A stretch of 45,983 nucleotides of DNA from Alphaproteobacteria bacterium MarineAlpha9_Bin7 (lineage in GTDB: Bacteria; Pseudomonadota; Alphaproteobacteria; UBA7887): NCBI GenBank assembly GCA_002938115.1, contig PTKD01000001.1:1-45983 (forward strand). Reading direction: 5' to 3'. Under the pieces are notes generated by a model that saw only the letters and a list, made by a program, of their open reading frames with translations, ran no database searches and was not told the origin of the DNA. How positions within the stretch are numbered: position 1 is the first letter of the stretch; each line of letters starts with the position of its first letter. Positions 10,157 through 19,061 of this stretch are shown in pieces. The position numbers and the translations under genes were made by a program.

Positions 10157-10208
10157 AGATGCTACTGGGTATAAACCTAAGTTGCCCGATTTCTGAAATG
10201 ATTTCGCG

Positions 10209-11285
10209 TTGGGTGTAGGGTGTGTGGGTGTGCGTTCGCTTCATTTCGTTTTGCCCGGTGATCCTGATGCCCTAACGGGTGGATATATTTACGATAAGCG
10301 CATTATCGATGGATTGCGGAGCAACGGTCGGAAAGTTTACCGTCATTTACTGCCAAATGGTTTCCCGTTCCCCAACGCCCGTACCCTGGAGGAGTCATCA
10401 AGAATTATTCGTAGAATTCCAGACGATAGTCTTGTGGTGGTTGATGGACTTGCGCTGGCGCCTCTGTATCAGCTAATCGGTGAGGAAGCAGCGCGCCTCA
10501 TTTTGATTGGATTGATTCACCACCCGCTTTCCGAGGAAACAGGCATCTCTGCCGCTCAAAACTCCTTTCTTCGAATCCAGGAGCAACGCGCCTTAGCCGC
10601 TTGCGCACACATTGTCGTGACAAGTTCGACCACGGCGTCCACCTTGATCTCGGACTATGATGTTACCCCGCATCGTTTGACAGTGATCGAGCCAGGAGTC
10701 GATCTAGCACCTCTTGCATCGGGATCCTGTGACGACACCCTAAATCTTCTCTGCGTGGCTACCCTAACCCCGCGTAAAGGTCATGAGTTGCTACTCAATG
10801 CTTTAGCGCCGCTGCAGGACTACTCATGGCGAATGTCTTGTGTGGGTGATCTAGAGAGAGATATGGCGACGGCCACCCGAGCACAGCAGTGTGTTACGAG
10901 ACTTGGGCTTGCCGATAGAGTTGTGTTCCACGGAGCACTTGGCCGATCTGAGCTTGCCGAACAATATCACTCTGCCGATCTATTTGTATTGGCTTCGAGA
11001 TACGAGGGTTATGGTATGGCTTTGGCCGAGGCGTTGGCGTGTGGCCTGCCTATTGTGGCCACTTGCGTTGGCGCGGTTCCAATCACTGTGCCGTCCAACG
11101 CAGGTCTATTGGTCCGACCGGACAAGAGTAAGGCGTTGACTTTTGCCCTCAAGAGATTTTTTACGGAGCCAAGGCTCCGTGAACGTTTAAGGGCAGGAGC
11201 TAGGGCTAGCCGGGTGCGACGTAGGTCGTGGGATGTCGCTGTGCGGGGGATGGAAAAGCAGGTATTTGGTTTGTTTATAAAATGA
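10209..11285 (+). CDS. glycosyltransferase, GT4 (group 1) family
   Basis: 358-aa ORF. The true start may be GTG 10230, giving VRSLHFVLPGD. The C-terminal retaining-GT motif is SRYEGYGMALAEALACGLPIVAT (E-x7-E). Confidence 0.8.
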   Translation: MGVGCVGVRSLHFVLPGDPDALTGGYIYDKRIIDGLRSNGRKVYRHLLPNGFPFPNARTLEESSRIIRRIPDDSLVVVDGLALAPLYQLIGEEAARLILIGLIHHPLSEETGISAAQNSFLRIQEQRALAACAHIVVTSSTTASTLISDYDVTPHRLTVIEPGVDLAPLASGSCDDTLNLLCVATLTPRKGHELLLNALAPLQDYSWRMSCVGDLERDMATATRAQQCVTRLGLADRVVFHGALGRSELAEQYHSADLFVLASRYEGYGMALAEALACGLPIVATCVGAVPITVPSNAGLLVRPDKSKALTFALKRFFTEPRLRERLRAGARASRVRRRSWDVAVRGMEKQVFGLFIK

Positions 11286-12148
11286 ACGGTTTTTCCGCGG
11301 CATGGCTAGATTTGCGGGAGCCCGCCGATGTAGCGGCCCGTGCACCCGAGCTATTAGAGAGGCTAAGCGAGTGGTCGGGTCAACACGAGCACGTTACTGT
11401 GGCTGATCTTGGTTCAGGAACAGGGAGTTGCTTGCGTGCGATTGCGCCGCACATGAGTCCGCGTCAGAGTTGGCGGCTAATAGACCGTTCAGGTGTGCTG
11501 CTGGACGAGGCCGTGACGCGCCTCTCGAAGTGGGCGCATCAGAGATCATTGTCGGCCCGAGTGGAGCAAAATGTCTGGCGATTTATGGGAAAGATTTCAG
11601 ACTATTCTGTTGTGTTTGAGGAACAAGATCTGGCAACTGGACCTGGCAATACTGGATCCGTGGTTGATCTTGTTACTGTTTCTGCGGTGCTTGATTTGGT
11701 GTCGAAGGAATGGTGCAGTAATTTAGCACGGTGGTGTTCAGAAAAAGGTGCTGCTTTGTACACCTGCCTGAATTATGACGGGCAATTCCATTTTGCTCCG
11801 TCGCATCCTGATGATTCAGATGTGCGTAGCGTGGTCAATACACACCAGCGAAGCGATAAAGGAATGGGTCCGGCACTTGGTTCTAGCGCGATTGAGGTGT
11901 TGGCTGAAGCGTTGTCGGCAGCGAAATATCAATTCGTAGTTGCACCTAGTCCGTGGCTGCTCGGGTCGGATAACAGTGCTTTGCAGTCGGCTTTAGTTAG
12001 AGATTGGAGCGACTTAGTTTTTCGGCAAGGAGATAAGTACGCGGCACGAGTGTCCAGGTGGAGAAATTTTCGGATGGCCGCAATCAAAGCCCGTCAATCG
12101 CATCTGAGTGTAGGCCACGTAGATCTCTGGGCGTGGCCCAAAGCATGA
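11282..12148 (+). CDS. class I SAM-dependent methyltransferase
   Basis: The internal ATG at 11282 overlaps the GT4 stop (ATGA). SAM-binding motif I is VADLGSGTGSCL. Confidence 0.75.
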   Translation: MNGFSAAWLDLREPADVAARAPELLERLSEWSGQHEHVTVADLGSGTGSCLRAIAPHMSPRQSWRLIDRSGVLLDEAVTRLSKWAHQRSLSARVEQNVWRFMGKISDYSVVFEEQDLATGPGNTGSVVDLVTVSAVLDLVSKEWCSNLARWCSEKGAALYTCLNYDGQFHFAPSHPDDSDVRSVVNTHQRSDKGMGPALGSSAIEVLAEALSAAKYQFVVAPSPWLLGSDNSALQSALVRDWSDLVFRQGDKYAARVSRWRNFRMAAIKARQSHLSVGHVDLWAWPKA

Positions 12149-12172
12149 TAGGCGCATTCTAGAGTATTCGAT

Positions 12173-13006
12173 TTAGAGAACGTCCTCGGAAAGTGTGCAA
12201 TCGAACAAAATGTCGTTTCCTAGACGAAATTGGCGGGAATTTGGACGAAATGCCTTGTTAGCTTTCGTAGCTGCACGCAATCGAAGGCCTGGTTGACCGG
12301 CGCCAAAAAGCACCGGTGCAATAGTGATTTGGAGGCGGTCTACGGCGCCTGCTCTTACAAAGCGTGAAACAGTATCTCCGCCGCCTTCAATAAAAAGACG
12401 TTTTAGGCCGAGAGTGCACAACGCGTCTATACACGCGCTTGCGGGTAGGTTCTGTGTTTTGGAGGGCACTACCACGATTTCTACATGATTGCCCATGCGA
12501 CTGTGATTGTTTTTGGCACTTGAAGCGCAAAGTACCAAGGTGCGTGCTGACGGATCCCTGAATAATGCATGCTGTGACTGAAGCCGGCGCCTGGGATCTA
12601 TAACCACTCGGACTGGGTTGGCCCCCGGAACATGTCGTGTTGTAAGTTGTGGATCATCGTGACGTACGGTGTTCGCGCCAACTATAACTGCGTCAAATAA
12701 AGCGCGCATGCGATGCAGGTGAATAATATTTTCTGTCCCCGTGACGTAGTGAGAGTCTCCACTAGCGGTTGCGATGAAACCGTCCAGACTTTGGCCAAGG
12801 TGTGCGACCACAAGTTTAGAACTTTTTGGTCCACCAACTAGCGGCGAATAGAGATCGAGTAATTGGACGGCATCGTCGGATAAAGGATGTGAACAGTGCC
12901 AAACGCCTAGGCCATCAATCTTGATCATACTCGAAGTGTTGTTGAGAAGTTTGCCGCAAACTGACGACCACGCGACATCGGTGTCAATTATCGGATCAGC
13001 GTTCAT
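12173..13006 (-). CDS. RibD C-terminal domain (pyrimidine reductase / DHFR-like fold) protein without a deaminase domain
   Basis: Motifs GQSLDGFIATASGDSHYVTG, VGANTVRHDDPQLTTR and IEGGGDTV fit RibD_C. The start is either ATG 13006 or 13042, and both overlap the end of the upstream creatininase-family gene. Confidence 0.75.
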   Translation of the reverse strand: MNADPIIDTDVAWSSVCGKLLNNTSSMIKIDGLGVWHCSHPLSDDAVQLLDLYSPLVGGPKSSKLVVAHLGQSLDGFIATASGDSHYVTGTENIIHLHRMRALFDAVIVGANTVRHDDPQLTTRHVPGANPVRVVIDPRRRLQSQHALFRDPSARTLVLCASSAKNNHSRMGNHVEIVVVPSKTQNLPASACIDALCTLGLKRLFIEGGGDTVSRFVRAGAVDRLQITIAPVLFGAGQPGLRLRAATKANKAFRPNSRQFRLGNDILFDCTLSEDVL

Positions 13007-13829
13007 CTTGTAAATCGGTAAGCGGGAACCGTGCCATATCATCTAGGATAAAGATTAATTCATTCACCATGTGTTCTATGGTGGTCTCTCCCCGTTTTGC
13101 ATCGGCACGTGCAGCGTTTCCGCATGCGCCAGATTTGTGCAAGTCTTGTGCCTGCCATGCAAATCGTGCTGGGCCATTTGGTGCAATTCGATTGTATGGT
13201 TTGTCCAGCCTTATCGTGTTTGGTACGAAATTTTGCGCATGCTCCATGCGCACAGATTCAGGGCGCAAATGAAGCATCATTGATGTTTCTACCTCTCCCG
13301 CGTGCAACCCGTAACGGAGCTCGTCGTCGCTGAAAAGGCCCGACGGCGCGCCCAGTCGGAACGTGTCTGTGCCGACTACGAGCAGTTGATTTTTTGCACG
13401 TAAACGCTGTGCCACGATGTCAACGATCTGTGGCTGGCCACCATGGCTATTAAGAATCAGTATTTTTCGAATCCCTGTTTTACATACTTGTTCGCCGATT
13501 TGGACCCATAGCTTAATGAGGGTCTCCGCAGTTGCAGTTAATGTACCTGGGAAATCGCTGTGCTCGCTGCTTTCGCCAATTAACATTGGTGGGAGCGCCA
13601 AAAGAGTTAAGGTTTTGGGCGTTTTTGCTATGAGGTCGCGGACTATGCCCTCACTGATGCAGGTATCGGTATCAAGTGGCAGATGGGGACCATGTTGTTC
13701 AATAGCAGAGACAGGTAAAAGTGCAATTGTTCGTGCGGGTTCCAAAATCATAAAATCATTGGTCGTGAGATCCCGCCAATAACCGCTGGAGAGCACGGTT
13801 AGATATTTGTCTCTCGGATTTCCGACCAT
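12996..13829 (-). CDS. creatininase-family metal-dependent amidohydrolase
   Basis: 277-aa ORF. The family metal and catalytic motifs appear intact: SAIEQHGPHLPLDTD, LNSHGGQ, HAGEVETS. Confidence 0.8.
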   Translation of the reverse strand: MVGNPRDKYLTVLSSGYWRDLTTNDFMILEPARTIALLPVSAIEQHGPHLPLDTDTCISEGIVRDLIAKTPKTLTLLALPPMLIGESSEHSDFPGTLTATAETLIKLWVQIGEQVCKTGIRKILILNSHGGQPQIVDIVAQRLRAKNQLLVVGTDTFRLGAPSGLFSDDELRYGLHAGEVETSMMLHLRPESVRMEHAQNFVPNTIRLDKPYNRIAPNGPARFAWQAQDLHKSGACGNAARADAKRGETTIEHMVNELIFILDDMARFPLTDLQDER

Positions 13830-14388
13830 TGTTGCTCATCTTCAAAAGAATTTTGTGTCATTTCTGCAATTAACGTTTACTCTAACTCATCCCAAAGGTT
13901 GTCAAATGCGTCTTGCAAATCAGGCTGTTGGTCCCCAGGCTTGAGGTACATTTATAGAAACTTAAGTAACTTTCGGTCTACCGGTGCTAACTCTACTACG
14001 CTCAAAGCTGTTTCGCCGTCTTCATACGGTACCCTGGAAGGGAAATAGGGCGAGTCATTAACTGGGCCGAGCGTATGGTATAGCTCCTGGGCTGATACTC
14101 AAAGATCCCCTTAAAATAGGTTCGTATTTAGAGAATCGCTTTCGTATAGTTGGTGGAAATGAGTGGACCGAGCATGGCACCCGGCCCACTACAAGTAAAC
14201 GAGGGAAGTATGATCATGTTTCGGCTTGAACCATCAAACTCGAACACTAAAGATAGAGCATAATGCGAATGCGACTTAAATGCAATGAGAATAATTCGCA
14301 ATTTGGGTAGTTAACGGCGCCCCAGGCGGATCACAGGGAGGAGTGCTCATTACTTTGCGATATATACAGTCTAGGCTTAGGTGATTTC

Positions 14389-15351
14389 ATGGTGTCTTCC
14401 AAATACAGCAGAGTTCTCATACTCGGTTCGGGACCTGCAGGTCTCACGGCGTCAATTTATGCGGCGCGCGCCAATTTACATCCCGTCTTGGTTCACGGAC
14501 TACAGCCGGGCGGGCAAATGACAATTACGACGGACGTTGAAAATTATCCTGGGTTTGCAGACGTAGTGCAGGGTCCGTGGCTGATGGAACAAATGAAAAG
14601 GCAGGCGACTGCGGTCGGAACTGATATGGTGACCGACATCATTACAGAAGTAGATTTTACTCAACGGCCATTCGTCTGTGTTGGAGATTCTGGAGGGCAT
14701 TATCAGGGAGAAAGCTTAGTCATATCTACCGGAGCACAGGCACGTTGGCTTGGTCTGGAGAGTGAGGAGCGGTATCAAGGTTTTGGGGTCTCGGCTTGTG
14801 CAACTTGCGATGGATTTTTTTTCCGCGAAAAAACGGTGGCGGTGGTTGGTGGAGGTAATACAGCGGTGGAGGAGGCACTCTTTCTAACAAACTTCGCATC
14901 CAAAGTTTGGCTCATACATCGACGCAATAAATTGAGAGCGGAAAAAATTTTGCAGGACCGATTGTTTGTGAATGAAAACATCGAGGTGATCTGGAACCAT
15001 CGTGTCGAAGAAGTATTGGGTGGGATTGATCCGAAGGTTGTTACCGGCGTACAACTCAGAAACGTCCATGACGGAGTTATGCGCAATCTTTCAGTAGATG
15101 GGCTGTTTGTTGCGATAGGCCACACACCAAATACGTCATTATTTAGAGGCCATTTGGAGATGGATCAGGAAGGATATATTAATACCGAGTCCGGCAGCAC
15201 CCGGACGAGTATCTCAGGTGTGTTCGCCGCTGGCGATGTCCAGGACAAGGTCTACAGGCAGGCCGTGACTGCAGCGGGCTCTGGGTGTATGGCCGCTCTT
15301 GAGGCGGAGAAATACTTGGCCAGTCGTGATAGCGCACAAGCAGCCGAGTGA
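14389..15351 (+). CDS. trxB: thioredoxin-disulfide reductase
   Basis: 320-aa ORF with FAD motif GSGPAG, redox-active CATCDG and NADPH motif GGGNTAVEEA. Confidence 0.95.
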   Translation: MVSSKYSRVLILGSGPAGLTASIYAARANLHPVLVHGLQPGGQMTITTDVENYPGFADVVQGPWLMEQMKRQATAVGTDMVTDIITEVDFTQRPFVCVGDSGGHYQGESLVISTGAQARWLGLESEERYQGFGVSACATCDGFFFREKTVAVVGGGNTAVEEALFLTNFASKVWLIHRRNKLRAEKILQDRLFVNENIEVIWNHRVEEVLGGIDPKVVTGVQLRNVHDGVMRNLSVDGLFVAIGHTPNTSLFRGHLEMDQEGYINTESGSTRTSISGVFAAGDVQDKVYRQAVTAAGSGCMAALEAEKYLASRDSAQAAE

Positions 15352-15416
15352 CGCAATCCAGTCCTGCCGTCATTTTAGCTAGGCCGTGACCAAGGATAAC
15401 TTAGCAATCGAAAAAG

Positions 15417-16307
15417 ATGAATTGGGATAAGCTCAGAATTTTTCATGTTGTTGCGGAAACCGGCAGTTTTACTCGTGCTGGCGGTGTGCTTAATTTGAGC
15501 CAATCTGCGGTGAGTCGACAGATTCGCGGTCTGGAGGAATCCCTAAACCTAACACTCTTCCATCGTCATGCACGGGGTTTACTTCTAACCGAGCAGGGAG
15601 AGGAGTTGTTTCAAACCGCTCGAGACGTTTTTGCAAAGCTGGCTATGACAGAAGCGAGGTTGACGGAAAGTAAGGAGCGTCCTAAGGGTCCACTGCGTAT
15701 TACCACTACTGTGGGGTTTGGCTCCTTGTGGCTGACCGAACACATTGGTGAGTTTCTAGATTTGTATCCCGATATTACCGTTAGTCTTTTAGTTGCGGAT
15801 GTGGAGCTTGATTTGACTATGAGGGAGGCTGACGTTGCTATCCGAGTGCAGCCACCAACGCAACCAGACTTAATACAACGCCATTTGTTTACTGGGCATT
15901 TGGGTATCTATGCAGCCCCATCGTATTTGAATCGCTTTGGCGCTCCATCGAGTGTATCGGAGTTGACGCACCATCGGGTCATTAGTTTCGGCTCGGAAAT
16001 GCCGTCACCGTTCGCAGGCCACAACTGGTTGGTTGACGAAATTCATGCCATATCACCGGCGTTTGAGGCGTCTTTAACGGTCAATAATGTATACGGTATG
16101 CTTCGTTCCGTTCAGAACGGGATCGGAATTGCCACACTCCCGTCTTTTTTGTCCGATCAACAAGAAAATCTTGTGCGCATCCTAGACCGTCTCGACATCC
16201 CGTCTGCAGATGCCTATTTTGTTTATCCGTCTGAACTAAAGGATTCACGGCGCATCACAGCGTTTCGGGATTTTCTGCTGCGAAAGGTTGCCCAAACATC
16301 ATTTTAA
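15417..16307 (+). CDS. LysR-family transcriptional regulator
   Basis: 296-aa ORF. The N-terminal wHTH is FTRAGGVLNLSQSAVSRQIRGLEESL, followed by a LysR substrate-binding-type C-terminal domain. Confidence 0.9.
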   Translation: MNWDKLRIFHVVAETGSFTRAGGVLNLSQSAVSRQIRGLEESLNLTLFHRHARGLLLTEQGEELFQTARDVFAKLAMTEARLTESKERPKGPLRITTTVGFGSLWLTEHIGEFLDLYPDITVSLLVADVELDLTMREADVAIRVQPPTQPDLIQRHLFTGHLGIYAAPSYLNRFGAPSSVSELTHHRVISFGSEMPSPFAGHNWLVDEIHAISPAFEASLTVNNVYGMLRSVQNGIGIATLPSFLSDQQENLVRILDRLDIPSADAYFVYPSELKDSRRITAFRDFLLRKVAQTSF

Positions 16308-16324
16308 AAAATATGTTTGGCTCT

Positions 16325-17233
16325 CTAAGATAGTTTCTCGATAGGTGTCCCGTGCCAACCAGAACCACGTTTTTCCCAGTAAAGATCACGTAACGCTCGA
16401 GTGATGGGGCCTACCAGTCCGTCACCAATAATCTGGTTGTTTACAGTGGTGACTGGAATGATGCCGCCAGCTGTTGTTGATATAAACACTTCTCCGCTGC
16501 TTGTGATTTGCGTTGCAGGGATTGATGTGGCCGTACATCGTATCTCCAATTCAGCGCAAAGCTCGAACAATGTTCGTCGGGTCATGCCGTCCAACACGCC
16601 GCTTTCCGGCGTGGTTATGCTGCCGTTTTGGACTAAAAACAGATTGAATCCAGGGCCTTCTGTTATGTGGCCATCTCGATCTTGGAGGACGACGGTATCG
16701 CCACCGCGATCGAAGGCATCTAACAGCCCCATTTCAAAATCCAACCAGTGATAATGCTTAATTGTTGGATCAACGGACTCAGGCGGGATGCGGCAAATCG
16801 AACTAACGATCAAATGCAGGCCTTTATCTTGTTGCTGTGGGGTCGCTATCCAAACATAAGGAATACAAAAGGCGTAGAACTGGTTTTTGCAACGCCTTGG
16901 ATCTCGAATTCCGAGTGGTGGCACCCCTCGAGTCATGATGATTTGCACGTACGCATCCTTGAGACCTGTGCGGCAAACACACTCGTTCATTATGGAATGA
17001 ATCTGGTTGCGGCTGTACGGACAAGTCATTCTTAGTTTGGCAACGTTTCTTTCAAATCGATCCAGGTGATCATCTAGTCTGAAAAAAAGCCCGTCCCAAA
17101 CCGATATTGTGTCCTGATTGGCATCAGAGCGTAAGAAACCCCAGTCTAGAATAGGAATTCGCGCCTGGTTTATCGGCTGGTATTCTCCGTCGATGAAGGC
17201 GACCCCGGCTTTGTGCTGGTTTGACATCGGCAT
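16325..17233 (-). CDS. class IV (branched-chain / D-amino-acid type) aminotransferase
   Basis: 302-aa ORF with fold-type IV PLP enzyme features (RLDDHLDRFERN..., ITEGPGFNLFLV, TRRTLFEL). Confidence 0.75.
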   Translation of the reverse strand: MPMSNQHKAGVAFIDGEYQPINQARIPILDWGFLRSDANQDTISVWDGLFFRLDDHLDRFERNVAKLRMTCPYSRNQIHSIMNECVCRTGLKDAYVQIIMTRGVPPLGIRDPRRCKNQFYAFCIPYVWIATPQQQDKGLHLIVSSICRIPPESVDPTIKHYHWLDFEMGLLDAFDRGGDTVVLQDRDGHITEGPGFNLFLVQNGSITTPESGVLDGMTRRTLFELCAELEIRCTATSIPATQITSSGEVFISTTAGGIIPVTTVNNQIIGDGLVGPITRALRDLYWEKRGSGWHGTPIEKLS

Positions 17234-17274
17234 CCCTACGCCCGCGCATGCGTTGTTAGATAAATTGTTTCAAA

Positions 17275-18006
17275 TTATCCCGTATTTTTGCAATCCGCTT
17301 CGTAGCATTTTCTAAAATAATTGATCAGCAGGCCCGGTAGCAGGTCCATTTCGAAAAAGGGTTCTGCGCCAGCCTGAGACAAAGAGTGCGCAAGATCGGA
17401 GGACGCATGTTCGGCACCCGAGTAGCCAAATACCTTCATGCCGGCGGCTCGCGCGCCGGTGACGCCAGGCACGCTGTCCTCTATCACTACGCAGGCATGA
17501 GGTCTGATATCGAACTGAAGTGCAGCATGCAGAAATAAATCGGGATATGGCTTTCCACGGCGCACTTGCTGAGTGCTAAATAGTGCGTCTCCAAAGTGGT
17601 GTCGCAGTCCTGTTACAGTCAATGAAAGTTGAATTTTTTCAGGAGCACCTGATGACGCAACGCATTTCGGGAACAGGATCCGGTCGAGAGCCCCACTAAT
17701 CCCAGAAACTGGCTCGAGGTGTTTGCGAAAAGCTGCATAGGTCTCGGCACGAAGGCGTTCGCAAAAACCATCTGAAAGTTTTCGACCCAAGTCCCCTTCT
17801 ACCTGATCAATTATCGAGGCCAGATCTCGGCCCACAAAGCGCAAGATGGATTCTTCAAAAGTACATGGGTACCCCTCATGGGTTAGCGCTCTCGCCAATA
17901 TACGATTTGCAATAGGCTCCGAGTTTACAAGCACACCATCACAATCAAAAATTACCAGAGCGGAATTCCTCGGAAGCGTTCCGACTGAGTCGGTGACGTT
18001 TGTCAC
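17275..18006 (-). CDS. HAD-IA family hydrolase/phosphatase
   Basis: 243-aa ORF. Motif I is VIFDCDGVLVNSE and the late motif is VIEDSVPGV. Its GTG start overlaps the msrP stop (GTGA). Confidence 0.8.
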   Translation of the reverse strand: MTNVTDSVGTLPRNSALVIFDCDGVLVNSEPIANRILARALTHEGYPCTFEESILRFVGRDLASIIDQVEGDLGRKLSDGFCERLRAETYAAFRKHLEPVSGISGALDRILFPKCVASSGAPEKIQLSLTVTGLRHHFGDALFSTQQVRRGKPYPDLFLHAALQFDIRPHACVVIEDSVPGVTGARAAGMKVFGYSGAEHASSDLAHSLSQAGAEPFFEMDLLPGLLINYFRKCYEADCKNTG

Positions 18007-18983
18007 ATATAGAGGCTTTCGTTCTTTAGGTCCGCGTACAGATGCGCCACAAATTCGCCGTACCCGTTGTAGAGCTGGGTGGGGATACGCTCATTAGAGC
18101 CCAACATTTTTTCTGTCGACTGGCTCCAGCGTGGGTGCGGGATCTGTGGATTGACATTGGCCCAGAACCCGTATTCTTTGCTCGCAATTTCTTGCCAAAA
18201 GTTCACTGGACGTTCATCCGTGAAGGTAAATTGTTGTATCGATTTGATCGATTTGAAGCCGTACTTCCAGGGCACAATTAGTCGCAGTGGGGCGCCGTTC
18301 TGGTGGGGCAGGGGTTTGCCATACGCGCCGACTACGAGCATCGACATCTCATTAACCGCTTCGTTTATTGTTAAGCCCTCCACATAAGGCCATGGCAACC
18401 ATGTTTGGCGCTGGCCTGGGGCGATGTCTGGCAAATGAAAACCGGTCATTTTTAAGTACTTTGCTCCGCTCAGTGGTCTAGCCATATCAACGAGAGATTT
18501 TAACGGAAACCCAGTCCATGGCACCGCAATCGACCAGGCTTCAACACAACGATGGCGAAGCAGACGCTCTTCAAGACCCATCTTCTGAATTAACTCGTCG
18601 GCACCAAGTGTGATGGGTTTTTCAACTAACCCGTCCAGACGTAACTGCCATGGTCGAAGAGGCAGTTGCATCGCGCTTTTCCAAACATTTTTATGAGAGC
18701 CAAATTCAAAAAAATTGTTGTAAGTGGTTACGAGATGTTCTGGAGTTAGCGGACGATCCAACACATAACGATCGTTGGTGGGTGCGGGAAAAAGATTAGA
18801 GAGGGGACCTTCGGCAGCATATCCTGTAGACACGCAGAGTTTCTTTCCCAGGCTGATTCCTGTCGTGCCTAGCAGTGTTCCCGCGGCAGCGCGCTTGGCA
18901 AAATCACGGCGGTTCCAGAAAATTGTTTCCGGAGTTGCCTTGTGTTCGGGTAAAAACCAGCCTGGCGTTGTTTTTACGAGCAT
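18003..18983 (-). CDS. msrP: protein-methionine-sulfoxide reductase catalytic subunit (YedY/MsrP, sulfite-oxidase-fold molybdoenzyme)
   Basis: 326-aa ORF. It has a twin-arginine signal (NRRDFAKRAAAG) and the conserved HRCVEAWS and LIVPWKYGFKSIK segments of YedY-type enzymes. Confidence 0.85.
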   Translation of the reverse strand: MLVKTTPGWFLPEHKATPETIFWNRRDFAKRAAAGTLLGTTGISLGKKLCVSTGYAAEGPLSNLFPAPTNDRYVLDRPLTPEHLVTTYNNFFEFGSHKNVWKSAMQLPLRPWQLRLDGLVEKPITLGADELIQKMGLEERLLRHRCVEAWSIAVPWTGFPLKSLVDMARPLSGAKYLKMTGFHLPDIAPGQRQTWLPWPYVEGLTINEAVNEMSMLVVGAYGKPLPHQNGAPLRLIVPWKYGFKSIKSIQQFTFTDERPVNFWQEIASKEYGFWANVNPQIPHPRWSQSTEKMLGSNERIPTQLYNGYGEFVAHLYADLKNESLYM

Positions 18984-19061
18984 ATCGGAACGATCGTCAT
19001 GGTGGGGTTAGGTATTGTTCCGACTTTACTGACATTGGTTGGCCATGTCGCCGGACGTCCC

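Noticed and set aside
13877-13951. 24-codon ORF just upstream of the creatininase-family gene, considered as a RiPP/mycofactocin-like precursor because MftE peptidases share the creatininase fold
   Set aside because: No radical-SAM maturase or RRE/MftB-like chaperone is present in the window. The peptide lacks a mycofactocin-like C-terminus, and I saw no clear Shine-Dalgarno sequence. It is kept only as a note within the spacer finding.
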